A DNA stretch of 64,000 nt from Steroidobacteraceae bacterium (GCA_035286365.1 DATHJZ010000076.1:12712-76711); one strand, 5' to 3'. Counted from the first letter of the stretch, positions 19,234 to 27,845 are shown. Numbers and translations: made by a program. The notes: generated by a model from the sequence alone, not told the origin.

Positions 19234-21276
19234 TCAGCGACGCCAGGTGAAGCGCGCGGTCAGGGCACTTAGCAACAGCAGGGTGAGGTACTCGAACGCG
19301 CCGCCACCACCACCACCACCTCCGCCTCCCGACGAAGGCGGGCTCGTGGGTGTCGTCGGGGTCGTGGGCGGAGTCGGTGTTGTCGGGGTGCCGGGGGTCG
19401 GACCGGACACGACCGGCGTCGCACAGGCCGCGATTCCGGCGGTCGCGGGTGCCTGGGTCGTCGCACGATTGGGTTCGACCACGACATTGGCGCTGTCGGT
19501 TTTACCCAGGTTGTCGGTCACGGTCACCCGCACTGTGATCGCTCCCGACGTCGGCGCGATCACGGTGGCGCTCGCGGTGTTCGGATTCACGATCGCCGGC
19601 GGGTTGACCGCAGGTACCACGACCGTCCAGGCGAAGCCCGCCACGGTGCGATTGCAGGACGCGGCGCTCGCGGCCGCATTCAGAACGACGTTCTGGCCGG
19701 CCGAGACGGTAGCCGGCACCGCCACGGCGGCGATTGGGCGATCGGCTGCCGCGAGCGCACCGGCCGCGTTCGCCATGCCAGCGCCGCAGGTGGTAGTTGT
19801 GCACAGGCATTCGGCTAGCTGGAAATCGTTGGTAGAGACCGGAATGTGGCAATTGACGAGCGCCGGTGCTCCCACGACCGAAGCGGGGAAGGGCCGGACC
19901 CCCTCGCGCAGCCGCGCCAGCATCTGGCTGGTGGACAGGTTCGCATTACGCGACAGCATGAGCCCTGCGATGCCCGACACAATGGGCGCCGAGAAGCTCG
20001 TCCCCAGGTTGCTGATGATCTGATCCGTGAAAGTGAATGCGCCCGGTGTGGTCGCGCCGCTGTCGGAAGTGGTGTCGAGCGAAAACAGGCAGGGGCCGCC
20101 AGTCACGTTCACGCAGTTGCCGCCGGGTGCCGCGAGCGTCACCTCGGAGCCGAGGTTGCTGAATCCCACCTTGCTGCCGGCATGGCGGATCGCGGCGATC
20201 GCTGCCACGCCCGGGCAATTTGCCGGCGAGGAGACCATCGTGCCCTCGTTGCCGGCCGAAATGACCACCAGCACCTTGCGGGCGGTGAGGTCCTCGATCA
20301 CGTCGCGATAGGCGGCCTCGCAGGGGCTGGTGGCGCCGAGGCTCATGTTGAGGACGCGCGCGGGAGTCGGGTTGGCCGGTACCCCGGCAACGGCAAGTCC
20401 CGCGGCCCAGCGCATGCCGGCGATGATGTCGCTGTCGGTGCCGCCGCACTTGCCGAGCACCCGCACCGGCAGAATGAAGGAGTTCCAGTCGAGTCCCGCG
20501 ACGCCCGCGGCGTTGTTGGTCAGCGCGCCGATCATTCCGGACACGCGGGTCCCATGCCACGAACTCGAGCTGATATCGCAATTGGTGAACGCCGCGTTGG
20601 TTTTGTCGGTGGCGTCGATCCAGTCGCCCGGATCGGAAGGGTCGGCGTCACGTCCGCCACCGTCGTTTGCCTGCGCAGTGCCACTGACGAAGTCGTGGCC
20701 CGGGAGCAGCTTGCCGCCCGCATCGCCGCGTCCAAGATCGGGATGGTCGTACAGCACGCCCGTGTCGAGCACGGCAATGACGATGCCGGCAGAGCCGAGC
20801 TCTGCGTCCCAGGCGCCTATGGCGTTCACCGCGGAGACCTCGGTGTTCTTCAAGTACCACTGGCCGCTGAACAGCGTGTCGTTCGGATTCGTGGCCTGGG
20901 GGAAGCGGCGCCGGTCGAGCACCGCGTACTCGACCGCAGGGTCCGCGCGCAGGTGCTCGAGCGCCTCGGTGGCAGAAGCGCCTTCAAGCAAGACCTTGCC
21001 GGCCATGATCGATTCCGAGACTTCCCGCTTCAGCGCGAGGATCAGGCGCGTGCGCTTGGCGAGCAACGCGATGCGGTCGCCGCCATTAATCAGCTTGGAA
21101 AACGCAGCAGCCGGGGTGCCGCTACGCAATTTGACGATGACGTCGAGCGAACCTTCGTCGACGGCAGAACGTGGTTCGCGGGCCACCGGATTGTGCTCGG
21201 TGGCGCCCACGAACATCGGCATCAGGACCGCCGCAGCGGCAATACCTGCGAATCTGCGCAATGAATGACGTTGCAT
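19234..21276 (-). CDS. Secreted S8 subtilisin-family serine protease with a PKD-like domain, Pro/Thr linker and GlyGly-CTERM sorting tail
   Basis: Catalytic triad contexts VIAVLDTGV, HGTRVSGMIGA and GTSFSAPIVSGIAG. Signal peptide MQRHSLRRFAGIAAAAVLMPMFVGA (ATG at 21274-21276, GGAG upstream). C-terminus is ...TPTTPTSPPSSGGGGGGGGGGAFEYLTLLLLSALTARFTWRR. Confidence 0.88.
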   Translation of the reverse strand: MQRHSLRRFAGIAAAAVLMPMFVGATEHNPVAREPRSAVDEGSLDVIVKLRSGTPAAAFSKLINGGDRIALLAKRTRLILALKREVSESIMAGKVLLEGASATEALEHLRADPAVEYAVLDRRRFPQATNPNDTLFSGQWYLKNTEVSAVNAIGAWDAELGSAGIVIAVLDTGVLYDHPDLGRGDAGGKLLPGHDFVSGTAQANDGGGRDADPSDPGDWIDATDKTNAAFTNCDISSSSWHGTRVSGMIGALTNNAAGVAGLDWNSFILPVRVLGKCGGTDSDIIAGMRWAAGLAVAGVPANPTPARVLNMSLGATSPCEAAYRDVIEDLTARKVLVVISAGNEGTMVSSPANCPGVAAIAAIRHAGSKVGFSNLGSEVTLAAPGGNCVNVTGGPCLFSLDTTSDSGATTPGAFTFTDQIISNLGTSFSAPIVSGIAGLMLSRNANLSTSQMLARLREGVRPFPASVVGAPALVNCHIPVSTNDFQLAECLCTTTTCGAGMANAAGALAAADRPIAAVAVPATVSAGQNVVLNAAASAASCNRTVAGFAWTVVVPAVNPPAIVNPNTASATVIAPTSGAITVRVTVTDNLGKTDSANVVVEPNRATTQAPATAGIAACATPVVSGPTPGTPTTPTPPTTPTTPTSPPSSGGGGGGGGGGAFEYLTLLLLSALTARFTWRR

Positions 21277-21482
21277 GTCCGGCTCCTGCTCCCGCGGCCA
21301 GCCTACGAAACTGGTGGCTGCCATGCGTGAGTGTCACGCGCGAGGTGAACAGTTCGGCGCGAGTGTTGGGCACTTTGCGCCGGGCCGCTGCAAACAAATG
21401 TTAGGAAGGCCACATTGCTGAGAAGCAACGGGCGCGGAGTGAGCACCGCAGCGTGGATGGAACTGGATCGATATACAGCCGG

Positions 21483-21512
21483 GAAAAGGTTCGGGGGCGC
21501 AAAGCCGCCCCC
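21483..21512 (-). terminator. Putative rho-independent terminator after the DUF4398/OmpA operon
   Basis: GGGGGCG-caaagc-CGCCCCC hairpin (21493-21512), followed on the minus strand by CCTTTTCCC. It lies 30 bp downstream of the OmpA-family stop. Confidence 0.45.
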
Positions 21513-21542
21513 GTTCCATCGCCCACCGTGTTTCTTCCCGAC

Positions 21543-22424
21543 CTATTGTTGTTTGGACTCTGGCGCGAGCGGCATCGGGCTGATGACGACCTCGACGCGG
21601 CGGTTCTGCTGCCGGCCTGCGACCGATGCGTTGTCGGCCACGGGTGACTCTTCGCCGCGCCCGGTGGCGCTGAGGCGCGCCGTTCCCACGCCCTGGCCGA
21701 CCAGGTAGCGCTTCACCGAATCGGCGCGACGCTGCGAAAGTCCCTGGTTGAACTCGTCACTGCCCATGCTGTCCGTGAAGCCCTCAATGGCTGCCGTCCG
21801 CTGCGGATACTCGGTCATGAACGCGGTGATTCGATCGAGGTTGGCCGTGGCGCCGGACTTGAGCTCTGCGTTGCCGGTGGCGAACAGCGTGTCGCCCAGC
21901 GTCAGCACCAGCCCACGGTCTGTGGGACGGGCCTGCAGGATTTCGAGCTGCCGCTGCAGTTCGATCGCCTGCTGCCGCGAGGCGTCGGCCGCCAGCAGCG
22001 CGGTTTGGGCGTCGCCGCGCGCGGTCATGGCGTCGGATTTCGCCAGGTCCACTTCACGCGTGCGGGAATCGAGGCGCGCCTTCTCGCTTTGCTCATTGAG
22101 CGCGGTGCGTTGCTCTTCGGCGAACTTCGTCTGTGCCAGCGCGCGTGCGGTGTCGACTTTGTGGTCGGCCACGTAGACGCGATGGGCCGCCAGGGCCAGA
22201 TCCGGCTGCGGCGTTTCGGCAGTTTGCACGGCAAGCTCGGCGTCCTTGGTGGCGACCGGCGCACGCGTTGCGAGCGTTGCGTCGCTCTGCAGGGCAGTGA
22301 GCTTGGCGCGCACTTCAGCCGAGCCAAGCGGTTGCTTGGGGGTGGTGGCGCAGCTTGCGAGGACGGCGCCGGCCGTGATCGCGACCACTGACAGACAAAA
22401 ACCGGTGTAGTTAGAGGTTTTCAT
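21543..22424 (-). CDS. OmpA-family lipoprotein with a coiled-coil/DUF4398-like N-region
   Basis: Lipobox VLASC. The C-terminal OmpA_C-like segment reads FATGNAELKSGATANLDRITAFM...IEGFTDSMGSDEFNQGLSQRRADSVKRYLV...NRRVEVVI. Confidence 0.85.
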   Translation of the reverse strand: MKTSNYTGFCLSVVAITAGAVLASCATTPKQPLGSAEVRAKLTALQSDATLATRAPVATKDAELAVQTAETPQPDLALAAHRVYVADHKVDTARALAQTKFAEEQRTALNEQSEKARLDSRTREVDLAKSDAMTARGDAQTALLAADASRQQAIELQRQLEILQARPTDRGLVLTLGDTLFATGNAELKSGATANLDRITAFMTEYPQRTAAIEGFTDSMGSDEFNQGLSQRRADSVKRYLVGQGVGTARLSATGRGEESPVADNASVAGRQQNRRVEVVISPMPLAPESKQQ

Positions 22425-22801
22425 CGGCTGTCTCCCGTCTTGCGCTGCATCTCTTCGATGAGTGTCGCGGTACTGCGCTTCATGTCCTGGTTGACGAGGT
22501 CGGCTTTCACCGCGTCGGAACGGGCCGCGGCCAGCTCGGCTCCGGCGCGTGCCTCGTCCGCAAGCTGTTGGGCGGCCACCATCTTCTTTTCGTCAACGGC
22601 ATGGTTTGCCGCGGACATCTTGTCGCGGGCTTCGGCGAGTTCTGCGCTGGCATGAGTGGCGGCGCCGACGCGCTCCGCATTGGAAATCGATAGCTGGGCC
22701 GCCTGGAGATTCGCGGACGGAATGGGTGGCGCGCTGGCGCAAGCCGCGGCGAATACGAGCACGGCGGGCACCGCAATCGTTTTCTTGAGGAAGGAGATCA
22801 T
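22421..22801 (-). CDS. DUF4398-like lipoprotein
   Basis: Lipobox FAAAC. Helical Ala-rich body (LQAAQLSISNAERVGA...ELAEARDKMSAANHAV). ATGA overlap with the downstream OmpA-family gene. Confidence 0.7.
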   Translation of the reverse strand: MISFLKKTIAVPAVLVFAAACASAPPIPSANLQAAQLSISNAERVGAATHASAELAEARDKMSAANHAVDEKKMVAAQQLADEARAGAELAAARSDAVKADLVNQDMKRSTATLIEEMQRKTGDSR

Positions 22802-22918
22802 GGGCGTTCTCTACTGATGACGATGGACGGCAAGCGTGCGTAATCCACCAGAGAGGGGAGTCTGGGCCGTATATGCGCGCCTGTCGGTACGCAACCGAAC
22901 ATACCGGCCAAGAGCGGA

Positions 22919-23662
22919 TTACTTGCGCGCGACGCAGCCTGCCGCCTGCTTGCGAAATCCGTCTGCGCACTCCCAATCGTTCCCCGAGTAATCGAGATGC
23001 GCATTGGGTGGTGGCGACAGCGCCTCGCAGCCCGCGTCTTTTCGCTTGAACCCGCGCGCGCATTCCCAATCGGTGCCGTGACGGTCGAGGTAACCGTTCG
23101 CGGGCACCGTTACCGGCGTGCAGGACTCGCTGCTGCGCGTATGTCCGCGCTCGCATTCCCACGCGTCGCCGCGATCGCGCAGGAACGCATTCGCGGGAAT
23201 CTTGATCGGCGCGCAGCGCGTATCGTCAACCCGATAGCCACGGTCGCAGTCCCAGCCACGCCCGAACGATGCGTCCACGTCGAAGCCATGCGCGGGGACG
23301 ACGACGGCAACGCAGTTGTCACCCGATTTCCGAAACCGACGATTGCAGCGCCAGCCGTCACCGTAGGCGGTCTCGTCGGCAAACGCATTCGCCGGCACGA
23401 TGACGGCGGAGCAGGCTTTGAGATTCTTCCGAAAGCCGCGTTCGCATTGCCAGTCGATTCCGCTGGAGTCGAGAAATGCATGGGCTGGAATCTCGACTGC
23501 TACACAGATCGTGTCGGCTCTGCGGTACCCGCGCGCGCAATCCCAACCTTCCCGATAGAGGCTCTGAATCGAATGGGCGGGAGGCGCGCTGGAGTTGGCA
23601 GCGCCGATCGCTGCGGACGCGCTCAGGAGGGACAGGGCGATCACCATCAGGGACTTGTTCAT
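22919..23662 (-). CDS. Secreted protein made of 7 tandem ~30-aa two-cysteine repeats (W-x-C-x-R-G-[FY]-[RK]-x5-C-x5-P-x-[NH]-[AG]-[FY])
   Basis: Signal peptide MNKSLMVIALSLLSASAAIGA. Repeats read directly: GWDCARGYRRADTICVAVEIPAHAF / DWQCERGFRKNLKACSAVIVPANAF / GWRCNRRFRKSGDNCVAVVVPAHGF / GWDCDRGYRVDDTRCAPIKIPANAF / AWECERGHTRSSESCTPVTVPANGY / DWECARGFKRKDAGCEALSPPPNAH / DWECADGFRKQAAGC. Confidence 0.7.
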   Translation of the reverse strand: MNKSLMVIALSLLSASAAIGAANSSAPPAHSIQSLYREGWDCARGYRRADTICVAVEIPAHAFLDSSGIDWQCERGFRKNLKACSAVIVPANAFADETAYGDGWRCNRRFRKSGDNCVAVVVPAHGFDVDASFGRGWDCDRGYRVDDTRCAPIKIPANAFLRDRGDAWECERGHTRSSESCTPVTVPANGYLDRHGTDWECARGFKRKDAGCEALSPPPNAHLDYSGNDWECADGFRKQAAGCVARK

Positions 23663-24486
23663 ACCGCGCTGACGTCGGCGAGTCTTTCGTCGGTGCGAGT
23701 CCACAGCGCGGGCAACAGCACGGTGAATTCGCTGCCGAGATTCAAACCGGCGCTCGTGGCCGTCACGCTGCCGCCATGCATTTTGACCAGATCACGGACG
23801 ACCGCGAGGCCGATGCCGCGTCCTCCTTCGGAGACCAGTGCGATTGCGTCCACCTGCGCGAACATCTCGAAGATGGGTAACAGGAGCGCGGGCGCGATGC
23901 CTATCCCTGAGTCCCGAACGCAGATGCTGACGTGTTGATCGAGCCGTTCCATCGTCAGCGAGATCTGGCCTCCCTCGGGGGTGTATTTCGCAGCATTGTT
24001 CAGCAGATTCGCGAACACCTGCTCGAGGCGTGCGCCGTCGACGTGCATCCAGACCGCTTCTGGCGGCAAGGTGACCCGAAGAGCGTGGCGGCGCCGTGCA
24101 AGATCCGACGCGATGGCGTCGATGGAATTTTGCACGGTCGTTCGCAAATCCAGGTGCGTCAGGCGCAACGCGTTCTTGTGTAGTTTGAGCGGCGTCGCGT
24201 CGAGCAGATCCTCGATGAGCCGGCTCATCTGCAACACATGACGATCGATGAGCACCAAGGCGCGATCGATGTCGTCGGGGCCGCGCCGCAGCTTCATCAG
24301 GCGCGCGGCCTGCATCATCACGCCGAGCGAGTTGCGCAACTCGTGCGAAATCATCGCGACGTCATCGGCACGCGAGTTTTCGGTTACCGGGAACAGCCCG
24401 CGCGACAAGACGGCCGGGAGGACATTGGCGGGCGTTGCGGAAATGCCGCTGGGAACTACCAGAATCGAATTGATCAAGGCTGACAT
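23659..24486 (-). CDS. Soluble histidine kinase (HisKA + HATPase_c) with almost no sensor region
   Basis: H-box MISHELRNSLGV begins ~45 aa from the start. N/G boxes are NLLNNAAKYT, DSGIGI and GRGIGLAVV. Start set at the ATG at 24484-24486 (GGGGAG 6 nt upstream). The stop overlaps the repeat-protein ATG (ATGA). Confidence 0.8.
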   Translation of the reverse strand: MSALINSILVVPSGISATPANVLPAVLSRGLFPVTENSRADDVAMISHELRNSLGVMMQAARLMKLRRGPDDIDRALVLIDRHVLQMSRLIEDLLDATPLKLHKNALRLTHLDLRTTVQNSIDAIASDLARRRHALRVTLPPEAVWMHVDGARLEQVFANLLNNAAKYTPEGGQISLTMERLDQHVSICVRDSGIGIAPALLLPIFEMFAQVDAIALVSEGGRGIGLAVVRDLVKMHGGSVTATSAGLNLGSEFTVLLPALWTRTDERLADVSAV

Positions 24487-24615
24487 CGTCGACTCCCCAC
24501 CTGCGCAATCCGCGCGCAGTTGTGCATTAGCCACGAAATTCCGACCGTCGACCCGACGCAGTGGCGTTTGCGTGTCCGTCAAATCCCTCGGCGGAAACCT
24601 ACACACGGTCGCGAC

Positions 24616-24642
24616 GGCGTTCCGTACGGCCTCGCACATAGG
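24616..24642 (+). promoter_or_regulatory. Conserved 27-bp box, copy A (GGCGTTCCGTacGGcctCGCACATAgG), in the kinase/Crp divergent intergenic region
   Basis: 21 of 27 positions are identical to copy B at 27846-27872. A further CGCACATA lies at 24673-24680. Function unknown. Confidence 0.35.
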
Positions 24643-24713
24643 TAAATGCATTTCTTTTCCTTTGATCGGTAGCGCACATAGCCACGCAAAAGGGGCCTAG
24701 ACTCCTAACAAAT

Positions 24714-25457
24714 ATGAGCGCACTTCCTGACCCGCTGGAAAATCACATCCTCGCCGCATTGCCGCCGTTGGAGCAGGCGCGGCTGTTTCCGCATCTGAAG
24801 CTCGTGCCAATGCCGCTCGGCATGGTGCTGTACGAGTCCGGTGCGGCGTTGCGTCACGTGTATTTCCCCACCAATTCAATCGTTTCATTGCTGTATGTCA
24901 TGCAGGACGGAGGATCCGCGGAGATTGCCGTGGTGGGCAATGACGGTGTGCTCGGTGTCTCGCTGTTCATGGGTGGCGAAACCACGCCAAGCCGCGCGAT
25001 CGTGCAGAGCGCCGGTCACGCGTATCGACTGCCTGGCAACCGGCTCAAGCAGGAATTCAGTCGGCACGGGGAAATGCTCCACGTGCTGCTGCGGTACACG
25101 CAATCGCTGATCACGCAGATGGCCCAGACGGCGGTCTGCAACCGGCATCACTCGCTCGACCAACAGCTGTGCCGCTGGCTGCTGTTGTCGCTCGATCGTC
25201 TCTCGAGCAATCGCCTCAACATGACCCAGGAGCTCATCGCCAACATGCTGGGCGTGCGCCGCGAGGGTGTCACCGATGCCGCCGGCAAGCTGCAGAAGCT
25301 CGGCGCCATCCGCTATACCCGCGGCAAGATCACTGTCCTCGACCGTCCCCAGCTCGAGCGGCTCTCGTGTGAGTGCTACGCGGTCGTGAAGCGCGAATCG
25401 GATCGGCTGAACGCTCCTCACCCCGCGCATGCACTGAAAACGGCCCGAATTCAATAG
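24714..25457 (+). CDS. Crp/Fnr-family transcriptional regulator (paralog 1)
   Basis: cNMP-binding-like N-domain (VLYESGAALRHVYFPTNSIVSLLYVMQDGGSAEIAVVGNDGVLG) followed by an HTH (MTQELIANMLGVRREGVTDAAGKLQKLGAI). Confidence 0.85.
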   Translation: MSALPDPLENHILAALPPLEQARLFPHLKLVPMPLGMVLYESGAALRHVYFPTNSIVSLLYVMQDGGSAEIAVVGNDGVLGVSLFMGGETTPSRAIVQSAGHAYRLPGNRLKQEFSRHGEMLHVLLRYTQSLITQMAQTAVCNRHHSLDQQLCRWLLLSLDRLSSNRLNMTQELIANMLGVRREGVTDAAGKLQKLGAIRYTRGKITVLDRPQLERLSCECYAVVKRESDRLNAPHPAHALKTARIQ

Positions 25458-25540
25458 ATCGGTTCGCTGGCGAACAGATGATCGCCACGTCTTGCGGCAG
25501 GCTGTGCCCACCGAATTCGGCCGTTTCAGGATGAATCTTC

Positions 25541-26332
25541 GTGGACGCAACCTCGCGTGATCACAGCAATCTGCTGCTCGCTTCTCTGCCGGAGGCCGAC
25601 CGGCTGCGGTTGACAGGCGACCACGGGCCGGTCGATCTCACTCTCCATCACGTGATAGGCGAATCCGGCGACCGGATTCGACACGTCTATTTCCCGATCG
25701 ACGGCTATATCTCGCTGATCGCGCCGGGGGGAGGGCGCGCGCAGCTCGAAATCGGTCTGGTCGGCAACGAAGGCATGCTGGGCGTGCCGCTGCTGCTCGG
25801 TGTGAACGTGTCGCCGCTGCGCACGCTGGTGCAGGGCGCTGGTCACGCCTGGCGCATCGAAACCGCGGCTTTCCTGGCCGAACTCGAGTCCAACGCGGGA
25901 CTGCGCGCCGCGCTCAACCGCTATCTGTTCGTGTTCCTCTCACAGCTCATGCAAACCGCGACCTGTGCGCGGTTCCATCCGGTCGAATCCCGCCTGGCGC
26001 GCTGGCTGCTCATGACGCGCGATCGCGCTCACTCCAACCAGTTTCGTATCACGCACGAATTTCTCGCCTACATGCTCGGCGTGCGGCGTGTGGGCGTGAC
26101 GAGCGCTGCGAGCGCGCTGCAGCGGCGCAAGCTGATCCGCTATAGCCGCGGGGACATCTCGGTGCTGGACGTGCGCGGGCTCGAGGCTGCCGCATGCACG
26201 TGTTATGAGATCGACAAGAAGATTTATGCGCGCATCCTGGGCCGGACGCCCGCCAAGCGGGGTCGGGTGAGTGGCGCAGCGCGGAGTTCGGCCGCAGAGC
26301 CGGCACCGGCGCCGATACCGTACTACGCATAA
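25541..26332 (+). CDS. Crp/Fnr-family transcriptional regulator (paralog 2, more divergent)
   Basis: Same architecture (HVYFPIDGYISLI...EIGLVGNEGMLG; ITHEFLAYMLGVRRVGVTSAASALQRRKLI). GTG start at 25541. Confidence 0.8.
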   Translation: MDATSRDHSNLLLASLPEADRLRLTGDHGPVDLTLHHVIGESGDRIRHVYFPIDGYISLIAPGGGRAQLEIGLVGNEGMLGVPLLLGVNVSPLRTLVQGAGHAWRIETAAFLAELESNAGLRAALNRYLFVFLSQLMQTATCARFHPVESRLARWLLMTRDRAHSNQFRITHEFLAYMLGVRRVGVTSAASALQRRKLIRYSRGDISVLDVRGLEAAACTCYEIDKKIYARILGRTPAKRGRVSGAARSSAAEPAPAPIPYYA

Positions 26333-26382
26333 TGTATATTATGGTGAATACGGTACTTATCTATAGTGGTCGCCCGAGACCT

Positions 26383-27627
26383 CTATGGCCATAAGGCTGA
26401 GTCGCTTCCTGTCCTGAAACCTGTAATCGGCGCTCTCGCCCCAGCGCGAATAGCACGTTCGGTCGGCGCACTGTTCTTGATGCTCGGCAAGCTGATTCTG
26501 AAGATGCATCCGTGTCCCGGCAGGTTTTTCACATCAATCGTGCCGTCATTGAGCGCGATGGCGCGATGGGCAATGGTGAGGCCCAGCCCCAGGCCCTCAC
26601 GGTTCCGGTGTTGCTGCGCAAACGGCTTGAAGAGATCACTCGGAGAGCCCGAGTTCAAACCGCCGCATTCATCCTCGACTTCGATAGTTGTTAGTTCCCC
26701 GACGCCGTGGGCCCTTATCCGGATCAGTCCGCCAGTGCACGAATACTTGATCGCGTTCTGTACCAGATTCGACACGGCGGAAAACAGCAGGTACTGGTCA
26801 GCTTCGATTTCCAGGCCGGGTGCGACATCGATCTTCAACGTCTGATTCTTCAGGTGCGCCTCGACTTCTGCAGCAACAATGACCTGATCAATGAGCTGGA
26901 GGAATGAGGCGGTTTCCTTGTGCACCTTCGGGTCTACCCGCAGGCGCACTTCCGCGAGCGAGCGATCGATCAGTTCCTGTTGCCTTTTCAGGGCCCGGTC
27001 CAGGACCTGCCCGATGCTTCCGCCAAATCCTACCGTGCCGCTCTTGATGAGGCGCAGCGACGTATTGACGATGGAAAGTGCGTTTCGCAATTCGTGCGCG
27101 AGAAATCCCAGGTGCTGAGTTTCACGATTGTTCAGGTCCTCGGCCCGCTCCGCATGAAACATCGTCACTGCACCTGCGATGGCGGTGTCGAGGCAGCGAT
27201 TCAGCGCGCGAAACTCCTCGGTCGTGATGGCCTCCTTCCTCTCGATGGCGAACTCGGTTATTGACTGGCAGATGGCGCCGTACGCGTGAACCACGTGCGA
27301 AAGTGTGTAACCAAGTTGCTGGAGCTGCTTTCCATAGGCCCCGGCACTCTTCGCGACTTCAACATCGTATGGACGACCGGCAGCCGCCGCGATCGCCGGC
27401 TCGTCGCTGTCATTGGCCGCCTTCACCATCCCATCTTTGTCGACCGCATTATTCGCGACCTCAGTGGGCGCATGCTCGAGGACGTGAAGGAGTTGATTGA
27501 AGAAGATAGGCAACCCGCCCTTCGGCATTTCCGAGGCCGGACGCACGCCCGCGAGCGCCAAGGATTTATCTTCAATCCTCGCTTGGACTGCCTTCTCATT
27601 CGTCTTCAGGAATTCCAGGAGCGCCAT
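26383..27627 (-). CDS. Soluble histidine kinase with a ~190-aa helical N-terminal domain (RsbR-N/globin-coupled-like?), HisKA and HATPase_c
   Basis: H-box FLAHELRNALSIV. NLVQNAIKYS, DECGGL and GLGLGLTIA boxes. No TM segment. GAGGTGA lies upstream of the ATG at 27625-27627. Codon usage is visibly less GC-biased than in neighbouring genes. Confidence 0.8.
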   Translation of the reverse strand: MALLEFLKTNEKAVQARIEDKSLALAGVRPASEMPKGGLPIFFNQLLHVLEHAPTEVANNAVDKDGMVKAANDSDEPAIAAAAGRPYDVEVAKSAGAYGKQLQQLGYTLSHVVHAYGAICQSITEFAIERKEAITTEEFRALNRCLDTAIAGAVTMFHAERAEDLNNRETQHLGFLAHELRNALSIVNTSLRLIKSGTVGFGGSIGQVLDRALKRQQELIDRSLAEVRLRVDPKVHKETASFLQLIDQVIVAAEVEAHLKNQTLKIDVAPGLEIEADQYLLFSAVSNLVQNAIKYSCTGGLIRIRAHGVGELTTIEVEDECGGLNSGSPSDLFKPFAQQHRNREGLGLGLTIAHRAIALNDGTIDVKNLPGHGCIFRISLPSIKNSAPTERAIRAGARAPITGFRTGSDSALWP

Positions 27628-27845
27628 ACATTCACCTCACTGCCTTCAAGAGCGAACTGTTCGCGGTTCTCTGGGCATTACCCGTAATCCAGCTGCAGGA
27701 TCGCGCCGGATCACTAGTGGGTTCTGGACGCCGTGATATCAGCATGACGTTTCAGTTGTAGGGCAGGACGAGGATCAAACTACTCGAATGCTTGCGAGGG
27801 TCCGTCCTCTTGTCCTACGGTAGCAAATGTAAATTGGCGTTCCGT

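Noticed and set aside
19290-19335. The poly-Gly tract of the S8 protease, considered as a phase-variation switch.
   Set aside because: It is encoded by mixed GGN codons with only (GGT)5 repeated. Any slippage stays in frame. The tract is part of the GlyGly-CTERM signal rather than an on/off homopolymer.
19846-21268. Plus-strand ORFs of 472 and 312 aa.
   Set aside because: They are antisense shadows of the S8 protease gene and contain no motifs.
24487-24651. A longer N-terminus (55 extra aa) for the first histidine kinase, as given in the ORF track.
   Set aside because: The internal ATG at 24484-24486 has a GGGGAG ribosome-binding site. The extension would also swallow the conserved 27-bp box, which looks non-coding because it recurs in clearly non-coding sequence at 27846-27872.
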